DNA of 16,216 nucleotides from Thermoproteota archaeon (GCA_032249055.1 JAVVGP010000013.1:1-16216); one strand, 5' to 3'; positions 7,385 to 14,938 are shown, counted from the stretch's first letter. Made by a program: numbers and translations. Notes: generated by a model not told the origin, from the letters alone.

Positions 7385-8455
7385 TTACTGCATTAGTTTG
7401 CTAAGCTGGAAAGAATGCCCTCTAAATTTTTGTTCAATTGCTCTTTTTGCAACAAATTTAACCTTTGGTTTCTCAGTGCTTTTTACTATTTTACCCGCTC
7501 TTAAAGCACTTTCGATTAACTGTTTTCCAACTTGAGATCTAATTATTGCAAAATTCCATCCATCCGGTGCACCATTTGCACCTAAGGATATATCACTAGC
7601 TTCAGCTGTAAAATCTCTGCAAACATAACATGAGCCAAAAACAGCTTCTTCTAATTCATCAATATGAATTTTTTTCACTTCACCATTTTTCAACCTAAAT
7701 ATTACATTCCTTTTTACAAGAATGTTATTAACATCCTTAGGTTCAATGTTTAGTTTTTCCTTTGCTATTCTAAAGAATTCTTCTCTTCTCCACGTTTTTG
7801 AACAAAATAATCCTAATGTTAAAGCTACTTTTCCTTTAAATTTTGGAACTCTTTCTGTTAATTTTGCAGCTGCAGTTTGGCATCCTGTTCCTACAATAGC
7901 TATTTTATTTAATCTTAATTTATCTATAGCAGTTCTTAAAGGAGTTACCATTGGAACATGCCAATATATTGTTTGTGAATATTTCCTTAATTCTTTAGGA
8001 TCTGTTACAATTACTGCTTTAGCATACCATTCTTCATCTTTTGTAGCTACTATTGCACCGTCAATTAAGCCTATTTCAAAAGCATGTTCTAATAATGCTG
8101 TTGTAACACCGCCATCTGTTGCATTTTTCCAAAGTTCAGGCTCAGTAGCTTTATATATACCATATTCAATATAATCACCTAGAGGTTTGTCTATAGGAGC
8201 TTCGTAAGGATTTACTACAGGACACGCTAATGGGCAAAGTTGACATAAAATACATACACCTATTAATTGGGCTCCTTCAGAACTCCTTTCATCTACTTCT
8301 AATACTTGTGGCGGACATACTGCAACACAACCACCACATAAACAACATAAGTCAGGTTTTACAACAAAAGCTGCTAGATCTCCAAATGTCAATATTTTAG
8401 AAGTTGATAAATTAGGTCTATAAATATCAGGTGAACGTATTTCTACTTTTGACAT
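7385..8455 (-). CDS. Coenzyme F420 hydrogenase/dehydrogenase beta-subunit family (FrhB/FdhB/FpoF-like) iron-sulfur flavoprotein with N-terminal 2x[4Fe-4S] ferredoxin domain
   Basis: 356 aa. It has two CxxCxxCxxxCP motifs (CCLCGGCVAVCPP, CILCQLCPLACPV). These are followed by FrhB_FdhB-like blocks: ATDGGVTTALLEHAFEIGLIDGAIV and IAIVGTGCQTAAAKL. Confidence 0.85.
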   Translation of the reverse strand: MSKVEIRSPDIYRPNLSTSKILTFGDLAAFVVKPDLCCLCGGCVAVCPPQVLEVDERSSEGAQLIGVCILCQLCPLACPVVNPYEAPIDKPLGDYIEYGIYKATEPELWKNATDGGVTTALLEHAFEIGLIDGAIVATKDEEWYAKAVIVTDPKELRKYSQTIYWHVPMVTPLRTAIDKLRLNKIAIVGTGCQTAAAKLTERVPKFKGKVALTLGLFCSKTWRREEFFRIAKEKLNIEPKDVNNILVKRNVIFRLKNGEVKKIHIDELEEAVFGSCYVCRDFTAEASDISLGANGAPDGWNFAIIRSQVGKQLIESALRAGKIVKSTEKPKVKFVAKRAIEQKFRGHSFQLSKLMQ

Positions 8456-8495
8456 ACAATTTCTTCTTCTTTCAAAGAACTTATAAGTTTATCTC

Positions 8496-8522
8496 TTATA
8501 TAAATTAAAAAAATTTATATAA
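8496..8522. promoter_or_regulatory. Palindromic double TATA element in the divergent FrhB-like / pck intergenic region
   Basis: TTATATAAATT (8496-8506), AAAAA spacer, AATTTATATAA (8512-8522): perfect 11-bp inverted arms. The right arm gives TTTATATA 28-35 nt upstream of the pck ATG (8549). The left arm gives TTTATATA on the minus strand 42-49 nt upstream of the FrhB-like ATG (8455). Confidence 0.45.
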
Positions 8523-8548
8523 TATAAAATAATTTTATTTTTCATTCA

Positions 8549-10312
8549 ATGGCAGTAATTCTTGAAGAAGCGAAGGGATTAAATAAAGAATTAATAAAAT
8601 GGGTTAAAGAAGTTGCTGAAATTACCGAACCTGATGAAATATTAATTTGTGATGGTTCGGATGAGGAATTTAATTATTTGATTAATATTTTGTTAAAGGA
8701 AGGAAGTTTAATAAAGTTAAACGAAGAAAAATATCCAGGATGTTATCTTTACAGAAGTGCTCCTTTTGATGTAGCTAGAACCGAAGAAGCTACTTATATA
8801 TGTACTAAAAAGAAAGAAGAAGCTGGTCCAAACAATAATTGGATGGAACCAAATGAAGCAAAAAGTAAGCTGTTTAAATTGTTAAAAGGTTGCATGAGAG
8901 GAAGAAAAATGTTTGTTGTACCTTACATCTTAGGTCCTGTTTCATCAAAATATTCACAAATAGGTGTTGAAATAACCGATAGTCCTTATGTTGTAATAAA
9001 TTTAAGATTCTTAACAAGGATGGGTAAAATAGCTTTAGAAAAATTAAATGAAACAAACAATTTTGTAAAAGGAATTCATTCCATGGGCAATTTGGATCCT
9101 AAGAATAAATATATATGTCATTTTCCTGAAGAAATGCTAATAATAAGCATAAATTCGAATTATGGAGGAAATTCTATATTAAGCAAAAAATGTCATTCTT
9201 TAAGGTTAGCAAGTTATCAAGCAAGAAAAGAAAAATGGATGGCTGAGCATATGCTTGTTATAGGATTGGAAAATCCTGAAGGAGAAATAATATATATTAC
9301 TGCAGCATTTCCTAGTGCAAGCGGAAAAACAAACTTAGCAACTTTATCTCCTTCAGGTAAATATTCAGATTGGAAAATATGGTTAATAAGTGATGATATA
9401 GCTTGGATGTATGTTGGTAATGATGGAAGACTTTATGCAATAAATCCTGAATATGGTTTCTTTGGTGTAGTTGTTGGTATAAATGAAAAAGTAACACCAA
9501 ATTTAATGAAAACTATAAGTAAAAATACGATATTTACAAATGTTGCGCTAACTAAAGATTTAACTCCTTGGTGGGAAGGTCTTGGAGAATATCCAGAGGA
9601 ATTATTAGATTGGCAAGGTAAACCGTGGAAAAAGGGAAAGCCTGCTGCTCATCCAAATTCAAGATTTACAACATATTTAAAGCAATATCCTTATATTTCA
9701 CCTTACTTTGAAGATCCAAACGGTGTTCCGGTATCTGTTATACTTTTTGGAGGAAGAAGAAGTAAAACTATTCCTTTAGTATTTGAAACTTTTAGCTGGG
9801 AACATGGTGTTTTAGCTGGTGCTATGATGCGTGTTGAAACTACAGCTGCTGCTGAAGGTGAAGTTGGAAGATTGAGAAATGACCCTATGGCAATGTTGCC
9901 TTTCTGTGGCTATAATATAGGAGATTATTTTGCTCATTGGCTAGAAATGGGTGAAAGAATCAAACATAAACCAAGAATTTTCTATGTTAATTGGTTTAGA
10001 AAAAATGAAAAAGGTAAATTCATTTGGCCAGGTTTTAATGAAAATATTAGAGTTTTAAAATGGATATGGGATAGGATAAAAGGAAAAGTTGGCGCTGAAA
10101 AAACACCTATTGGATATATTCCAAGGAAGGAAGATTTTGATTTTGAAGGTTTAAATCTTAAAGATGAAGATATTAATGAGTTATTTAAAATAGATAAAAA
10201 TGAATGGATAAAAGAATTTATGGAAGCGAAAAAGTTTTTTGAAAAATTCGGTAATAGATTTCCTAAAAAATTATGGGATATATTCTACGAAATATTGGAA
10301 AATCTTAAATGA
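8549..10312 (+). CDS. pckG: Phosphoenolpyruvate carboxykinase (GTP)
   Basis: 587 aa. Matching segments are ICDGSDEE, YRSAPFDVARTEEATYIC, AGPNNNWM, KKCHSLRLAS, WMAEHMLV, FPSASGKTN (kinase-1a P-loop), SDDIAWM, HPNSRFT and WPGFNENIRVLKWI. Confidence 0.95.
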   Translation: MAVILEEAKGLNKELIKWVKEVAEITEPDEILICDGSDEEFNYLINILLKEGSLIKLNEEKYPGCYLYRSAPFDVARTEEATYICTKKKEEAGPNNNWMEPNEAKSKLFKLLKGCMRGRKMFVVPYILGPVSSKYSQIGVEITDSPYVVINLRFLTRMGKIALEKLNETNNFVKGIHSMGNLDPKNKYICHFPEEMLIISINSNYGGNSILSKKCHSLRLASYQARKEKWMAEHMLVIGLENPEGEIIYITAAFPSASGKTNLATLSPSGKYSDWKIWLISDDIAWMYVGNDGRLYAINPEYGFFGVVVGINEKVTPNLMKTISKNTIFTNVALTKDLTPWWEGLGEYPEELLDWQGKPWKKGKPAAHPNSRFTTYLKQYPYISPYFEDPNGVPVSVILFGGRRSKTIPLVFETFSWEHGVLAGAMMRVETTAAAEGEVGRLRNDPMAMLPFCGYNIGDYFAHWLEMGERIKHKPRIFYVNWFRKNEKGKFIWPGFNENIRVLKWIWDRIKGKVGAEKTPIGYIPRKEDFDFEGLNLKDEDINELFKIDKNEWIKEFMEAKKFFEKFGNRFPKKLWDIFYEILENLK

Positions 10313-10812
10313 AAATAGAAAATCTTGTAGATTTTTTGCTAGAAGTTTATAAATTAAAAGAAATAAAGAGAAAAGGTTGGGTAGTTAAAGTAGGTATTGA
10401 TGAAGCTGAAAGTGTTGCAAGTCATACTTTTGGAATGTTACTTTTAGCTTCGATAATCTATAACAAGTCTGACTTGATGAAAAATATATCTTTACATGAT
10501 ATTGCTGAAATAAAAATAGGAGATTTACTTCCAGAGGAAAAAGATAAGGAGTTGGAGAAAAAAGTATATGAGGAGATTGTTAAAAATGTAGCAAAAGACT
10601 GGAATTTGCCTAAGAGTTTAGATGAAATATTTAGATTAGAGAAAATTAAGGAACTAGATAGATTAGATATGGCTTTGCAAGCTCTTTATTATAAAGAAAA
10701 AGGCTATCCTAAAGAAAAGCTCAGAGAGTTTATTGTTTCAGCAGAAAAGGAAATCAAAAGTAAGGAGTTAAAAGAGATATTAGAAGAAATAAAGAAGAGA
10801 TTCGAAAAATAA
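10309..10812 (+). CDS. HD-domain phosphohydrolase, YfbR/HDDC2-like 5'-deoxynucleotidase family
   Basis: 167 aa. Matching segments are LKEIKRKGW, ESVASHTFGM, LHDIAEIKIGDL and ELDRLDMALQA, the typical YfbR-type order. The ATG overlaps the pck stop (ATGA at 10309-10312). Confidence 0.8.
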   Translation: MKIENLVDFLLEVYKLKEIKRKGWVVKVGIDEAESVASHTFGMLLLASIIYNKSDLMKNISLHDIAEIKIGDLLPEEKDKELEKKVYEEIVKNVAKDWNLPKSLDEIFRLEKIKELDRLDMALQALYYKEKGYPKEKLREFIVSAEKEIKSKELKEILEEIKKRFEK

Positions 10813-11423
10813 ATGGAAAATACAATTTTTGATTTATCTTATTTTAATATTCATAAAATCTTTCAAGAACTAAAAGAAATAGGTGCTATCTCGTTTAAGT
10901 TACTTAGAGATGATTTTAGGAACCTTCTCTATAATGAAGCACTAAATTTTAATTATAAAAAGGAGCCAGTGGAAGTTAATGCTAAAAAATATATTGTAAA
11001 AATGGAAGTTGAATCATGCAGAAGTTTTCCTAATAATAGTTTATTTTATACATTAAAGGAAACATTTCAGAATTTTATAATTAATGAATTTAAAAAAGTT
11101 GGTGAAGATATTTTTGAGACCCCCTTAAATTTTAATTCGATGATCCTTCTTAGGTATCCCAAAGGTTCAATAGGAATTTCTCCTCATCAAGACAATCCTA
11201 AATACATCAATTTGATTTGCATTTTTGTAATAAAAGGTAAAGGCAAATTCTTTATCTGCAAAAATGAAAAGGGGACGATGCTATAGAAATAAGCTCGAAT
11301 GAAGGTAACGTTATAATTCTTAGAGCACCAGGGTTTTTAAAATCAAAGCAAAGACCCTTTCATTTTGTAAAGGATATTGAAGAAGAAAGATATACCTTTG
11401 GTTTAAGACAGGAAAAGCTTTAA
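10813..11423 (+). pseudogene. AlkB-like 2OG-Fe(II) dioxygenase, interrupted by a 1-nt frameshift in an A4G4 tract (or a sequencing error)
   Basis: Frame 1 (10813-11286) ends ...LLRYPKGSIGISPHQDN...FFICKNEKGTML*. Frame 3 opens at 11268 and reads KGDDAIEISSNEGNVIILRAPGFLKSKQRPFHFVKDIEEERYTFGLRQEKL* with its stop at 11421-11423. Joined, the two give the full HxD...H...R facial triad. RYxxGxxxxxHQD and RYTFGLRQ resemble E. coli AlkB (NRYAPGAKLSLHQD, RYNLTFRQ). The ATG directly abuts the HD gene stop. Confidence 0.6.
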
Positions 11424-11539
11424 ATTTAAAAGAATTACACTTCTTAGATCTGAATTTTAGAAATAAAATTTAAGAAATTGTTTCATAAAATTGAATTTGA
11501 ATTTTCATGTTTTTATTTAATATTAATTAAATCTTAAGT

Positions 11540-11932
11540 ATGAGTGTTAAAGTCACATGGAAAGTTAATGAAGGATATATAGGCTACGATTCTAAAGGAA
11601 ACACCATAGAACTTGGTAAAGATAAATTTTCTCCAATGGAACTTTTATTAATTTCCTTAGCAGGATGTACAGCAATAGATGTTGTCGAAATATTAACTAA
11701 AATGAGGAAAAAAATAAAAGAAGTAAATGTCTATGTTGAAGGAGAAAGGAATGAAGAATATCCAAGATATTGGAAAAAAGCAAAAATAAAATATGAGATT
11801 TTAGGAGAAGATATCACAAATGCGGATGCTGAAAAAGCAATAAAGCTTTCAATGGATATTTATTGTTCAGTAGCTGCAACAATTTCAGGCAAGACTGAGA
11901 TATCTTATAGCTATGAAATTAAAAAAGTATAA
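11540..11932 (+). CDS. OsmC/Ohr-family peroxiredoxin-like protein
   Basis: 130 aa. The two conserved Cys contexts are LLISLAGCTAIDV and DIYCSVAATI, with spacing typical for OsmC. Confidence 0.85.
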   Translation: MSVKVTWKVNEGYIGYDSKGNTIELGKDKFSPMELLLISLAGCTAIDVVEILTKMRKKIKEVNVYVEGERNEEYPRYWKKAKIKYEILGEDITNADAEKAIKLSMDIYCSVAATISGKTEISYSYEIKKV

Positions 11933-11995
11933 TTAAAAGTTAAGTTAAAAAATTACTTTTTCAAAAATATTAATTCTATTTCGTAATAATCTTTC

Positions 11996-12850
11996 ATGAA
12001 TATAGGATTTATAGGGCTTGGCAGAATGGGAAGTAGAATTGCAAAAAACTTACTTAAAGAATATGGAAATATTAACGTTTATAATAGAACAAAAGAAAAA
12101 GCAAAAGAACTAATTGAATTAGGAGCAAAGTTTTTTGATACTCCAAAAGAACTTGCTAAATATTCAAATGTTATATTTACAATAGTTTCAAATTCCGAAG
12201 CTGTAAAAGAAGTACTTTTAGGTTCCGAAGGTGCTTTTCATTCAGCTTCAAAGGATACATATTTTATAGATATGTCAACAATTGAACCAGATGTTTCAAT
12301 AGAAATTTACAATATAGCTAAACAAAAAGGATTTCACTTTTTAGATGCTCCATTGATTGGAAGTATTGATGCAGCTGAAAAGGCAACTTTAACTATAATT
12401 GTAGGAGGTGATAAAGAAGATTTTGAACATGTATTACCAATATTACAAAAAATAGGTAAAAACATATTTTATGTAGGACCTGCAGGAAGTGGTTCAAAAC
12501 TTAAATTAATAAATAACGTTTTAATTGCCAACACACCTGTCATATTTGGAGAAATTTTAAATATAGCTAAAAAATCAGGTTTAGATTTACAAGTAGTATT
12601 AAATGTATTAAAATCAGGAATTTTTGGACAGATTTTAACTTATTATGAAAATAGGATAGTATATAAGAACTTTTCTACTAGATTTAGTTTGGAATTAATG
12701 TTAAAAGATTTAAAATATGCAAAAAAATTAGCCTCAACGTTTAATTGCAAAACAGCTATTATAGATAGTCTAGTTCAAGTTTATGATGAAGCGTTTAAAA
12801 AAGGTTTATCGCAACTAGATTACACTGCTGTAAGTACAGTTTTTGAATAA
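11996..12850 (+). CDS. NAD(P)-dependent beta-hydroxyacid dehydrogenase (3-hydroxyisobutyrate / 6-phosphogluconate dehydrogenase-like)
   Basis: 284 aa. It has the N-terminal Rossmann motif IGFIGLGRMGSRIAKNL, then FLDAPLIGS, GSGSKLKLINN and LMLKDLKYA, which are family signatures. Confidence 0.85.
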   Translation: MNIGFIGLGRMGSRIAKNLLKEYGNINVYNRTKEKAKELIELGAKFFDTPKELAKYSNVIFTIVSNSEAVKEVLLGSEGAFHSASKDTYFIDMSTIEPDVSIEIYNIAKQKGFHFLDAPLIGSIDAAEKATLTIIVGGDKEDFEHVLPILQKIGKNIFYVGPAGSGSKLKLINNVLIANTPVIFGEILNIAKKSGLDLQVVLNVLKSGIFGQILTYYENRIVYKNFSTRFSLELMLKDLKYAKKLASTFNCKTAIIDSLVQVYDEAFKKGLSQLDYTAVSTVFE

Positions 12851-12863
12851 AAAAATAAAAAAA

Positions 12864-13100
12864 TTAGTATGTTTCTATTACTACTGAAGTAGAAGTTTTT
12901 ATTACTCCAGGTACTGAAAGTATTTTTTCTTTAATTGTTTTGGACAATTCTGAGAAATCTTTTGCATCAAGCTCTACAACTAGATCAAATTCTCCTGTTA
13001 CTGCTTTTACTGATTTAGCGTTTTGTATTTTTTTAATTTCAGTACCTACTTTGTCAATTTTATTAGGTTCTACTACAACAAATACGTATGCTTCTACCAT
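12864..13100 (-). CDS. Stand-alone Lrp/AsnC-type ligand-binding (RAM) domain protein, no DNA-binding domain
   Basis: VEAYVFVVVEP...VKAVTGEFDLVVELDAKDFSELSKTIKEKILSVPGVIKTSTSVVIE fits the RAM beta-alpha-beta-beta-alpha-beta pattern. The track start at 13106 is a TTG. The ATG two codons later (13098-13100) sits a leaderless-typical distance from a strong TATA box, so I prefer it (78 aa). Confidence 0.75.
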   Translation of the reverse strand: MVEAYVFVVVEPNKIDKVGTEIKKIQNAKSVKAVTGEFDLVVELDAKDFSELSKTIKEKILSVPGVIKTSTSVVIETY

Positions 13101-13122
13101 AAACAAATTAATTTTTGTAAAG

Positions 13123-13136
13123 TATATAAATTTAAA
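13123..13136 (-). promoter_or_regulatory. TATA box for the RAM-domain gene
   Basis: The minus strand reads TTTAAATTTATATA, centred about 29 nt upstream of the ATG at 13100. There is no SD motif, which is consistent with a leaderless transcript. Confidence 0.5.
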
Positions 13137-13216
13137 GAATTCATAAAGATTGATTTAACTTAAAAAGGTGGTTAATACAACATTTTAGTAAAACTTCTAA
13201 TATCTTCTTTTAAAAC

Positions 13217-14842
13217 TTAATTCCAACTAACTCTTTTAGCTTTTTCTACATCAAAGCCTAATCTTTCTCCCCATTTTTCTATACTCCTTAATATTGTATT
13301 AGCTCCGACAAATGATAAAACTTGCATAAACATCTTAAAGAATGGATTTACGTTAAATACCTCTCTTGAAGCTCTTAATATTTCAATTAATGTATGTCTC
13401 CAGCATCTATATATTACTGCAAAATAACCTTCATTTACTTGTTCTTCTATATTAAAGAAATCTTTATCTTTTAGTAATCCAATAGGAACAAAGCTTAAAG
13501 GTGTGGCTGTAAAGTGAGCTTTATTTCCAACTTTTTTCGGCAACTCTTTTTCCATTCTATCAATTAACCTTACAGTATCCCAGCAATCTTCCTCTGTTTC
13601 TCCAGGTAAACCAACTATTAAAGTATATGCTGGGAACCAATAGTTATCATTTAATACTGCATTACCTTCCAATATTATTTCTTGCCATTCATCTGCATCA
13701 AAAGGTTTAGCCTTTAATGGCATATAATTACTAAAAATTCTGTTAGAACCTGTTTCTAAGCCGCATTGAATTCCGATCCAATTTCTTGAATGAGCTCTAA
13801 GTATTTTAGATAAGTCTTTTATTAAATCAGGATCCGCTGCTGCAGCTGAAACAGTACCATGCGTAGGATTCATATGCTTAATTCCTTTTATTTCCATTAT
13901 TGATTTAAACAAAGCTATTAATGCATCTCTATTGGGATAAAAATATTTTTTATCTTCTACTTCATACAAAAATATATCTTCACTATGTAACCAAACACTA
14001 TGATACCCTCCTAATTTTACATTTACAAGTACTTCTTTCTTTATTTTTTCAATTGGCATATATCTTCCAACTCTTAAGTTTGGCTCACAAAAATGACAAT
14101 TTCTTCCACACCCTCTCATTGCTTCTACAAAGCCGTGGGTAGCTGGACGAACTATAGTAGGTATTTGATGTATTTCAGGATGGCCTCTAACTTTTATTAT
14201 TCTATTTAATGATTTATCTAATGAAAGAATTTCAGAAACGATGTTGCCTCCATTCGTATTGTAGTAATATATATCTTCTTTCTCTATTTTAAAGAACAAA
14301 TCAGGCAATAAATGATCTACTTCTCCTATTATTAAATGATCAATTTGAAGCTCATCTAAATAATTCCTTTTAACATCAAGTTGCCAAGCTCCACTTCCGC
14401 CTACTACAATTTTAAATTTTAAATTTCTTTTTCTCCTTATTTGTGCTACAGTTCTAACAAGTTTAAGAAAATAATATTTTGTATAAGCAGTATAATATCC
14501 TCCATAAGTAAACATCATCGATACTGGCCCTAAACCCAAAGGATCCATCGAATTTATTCCTACAATTTTTGTATCTTCATTTATGAACTTATGAATATGA
14601 TCAGGATGAACAACTGCAATCTCGTTTGGTTTATATCCTCTTAATAATCCAGCTTCTATTTTTCTTAAAGGATATGGAGCTCTTATTAATAAACCATTAT
14701 AAGTAGGTAGTTGACCTGTAAGAAAATCATATAAGAACTTAGGTGTTTTTTCAACTGGAGCGCAACTAAAGAAATCAAGCAATGGAATATGATGAAATTC
14801 TCCAGTTAGTGTTCTATCACTTGTTAAAACAATTCGAACCAT
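13217..14842 (-). CDS. Radical SAM protein with N-terminal B12-binding-like (Rossmann) domain, archaeal type, function unknown
   Basis: 541 aa. It has a single CxxxCxxC cluster motif (MRGCGRNCHFCEP) about 245 aa from the N-terminus. A KFKIVVGGSGA Rossmann-like segment precedes it, and IQCGLETGSNRI plus TLIVGLPGETEED follow it. Confidence 0.85.
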   Translation of the reverse strand: MVRIVLTSDRTLTGEFHHIPLLDFFSCAPVEKTPKFLYDFLTGQLPTYNGLLIRAPYPLRKIEAGLLRGYKPNEIAVVHPDHIHKFINEDTKIVGINSMDPLGLGPVSMMFTYGGYYTAYTKYYFLKLVRTVAQIRRKRNLKFKIVVGGSGAWQLDVKRNYLDELQIDHLIIGEVDHLLPDLFFKIEKEDIYYYNTNGGNIVSEILSLDKSLNRIIKVRGHPEIHQIPTIVRPATHGFVEAMRGCGRNCHFCEPNLRVGRYMPIEKIKKEVLVNVKLGGYHSVWLHSEDIFLYEVEDKKYFYPNRDALIALFKSIMEIKGIKHMNPTHGTVSAAAADPDLIKDLSKILRAHSRNWIGIQCGLETGSNRIFSNYMPLKAKPFDADEWQEIILEGNAVLNDNYWFPAYTLIVGLPGETEEDCWDTVRLIDRMEKELPKKVGNKAHFTATPLSFVPIGLLKDKDFFNIEEQVNEGYFAVIYRCWRHTLIEILRASREVFNVNPFFKMFMQVLSFVGANTILRSIEKWGERLGFDVEKAKRVSWN

Positions 14843-14860
14843 AGTGTAAAATAATAAGGA

Positions 14861-14876
14861 TTTATATCAATATAAA
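14861..14876. promoter_or_regulatory. Palindromic TATA-like element upstream of the radical SAM gene
   Basis: TTTATAT-CA-ATATAAA has 7-bp inverted arms and lies 19-34 nt upstream of the radical SAM ATG (14842, minus strand). It is 63-78 nt from the hyuA ATG, so it probably serves the radical SAM gene only. Confidence 0.35.
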
Positions 14877-14938
14877 CTTTTCGGTATTTTAGACTTACCA
14901 ATAAATTTGGTATCTTAAAATAATTAAAATAGAATAAA

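Noticed and set aside
7323-8174. Plus-strand ORFs at 7323-7535 and 7722-8174.
   Set aside because: They lie antisense to the FrhB-like gene and the 83-aa ORF. The minus-strand translation carries clear Fe-S and FrhB motifs, while the plus-strand one has none.
8874-9500. Minus-strand ORFs at 8874-9056 and 9312-9500.
   Set aside because: They sit inside and antisense to the unambiguous GTP-PEPCK gene. They are H/L/Q-rich nonsense sequence.
8549-10312. PEPCK as a dedicated PEP supplier for F420 biosynthesis because of its proximity to F420 genes.
   Set aside because: pck is a housekeeping gluconeogenic gene, is transcribed divergently, and is not part of the cof operon. Proximity alone is not evidence.
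13104-13106. TTG start of the RAM-domain ORF as given in the track.
   Set aside because: An ATG two codons downstream (13098-13100) fits the TATA-box distance better. The TTG is probably just the most upstream permitted start codon.
12940-13146. 68-aa plus-strand ORF.
   Set aside because: It is antisense to the RAM-domain gene and runs through that gene's promoter. It has no motif support.
13162-13171. AAAAAGGTGG, a Shine-Dalgarno-like plus-strand sequence in the 110-bp spacer, which reads CCACCTTTTT (terminator-like) on the minus strand.
   Set aside because: No start codon or ORF follows on the plus strand. As a minus-strand oligo-T terminator for the radical SAM gene it is plausible but too weak (T5 only) to report as a feature.
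13921-14142. 73-aa plus-strand ORF.
   Set aside because: It is an antisense shadow inside the radical SAM gene, directly opposite the CxxxCxxC-coding region.
13217-14842. Identity of the radical SAM protein as FO synthase (CofG/CofH) or as tetraether synthase (Tes/GDGT-MAS).
   Set aside because: CofG/CofH have the cluster motif near the N-terminus and are much shorter. As I recall, Tes/GDGT-MAS carries several Fe-S clusters, whereas this protein has a single CxxxCxxC and few other cysteines.
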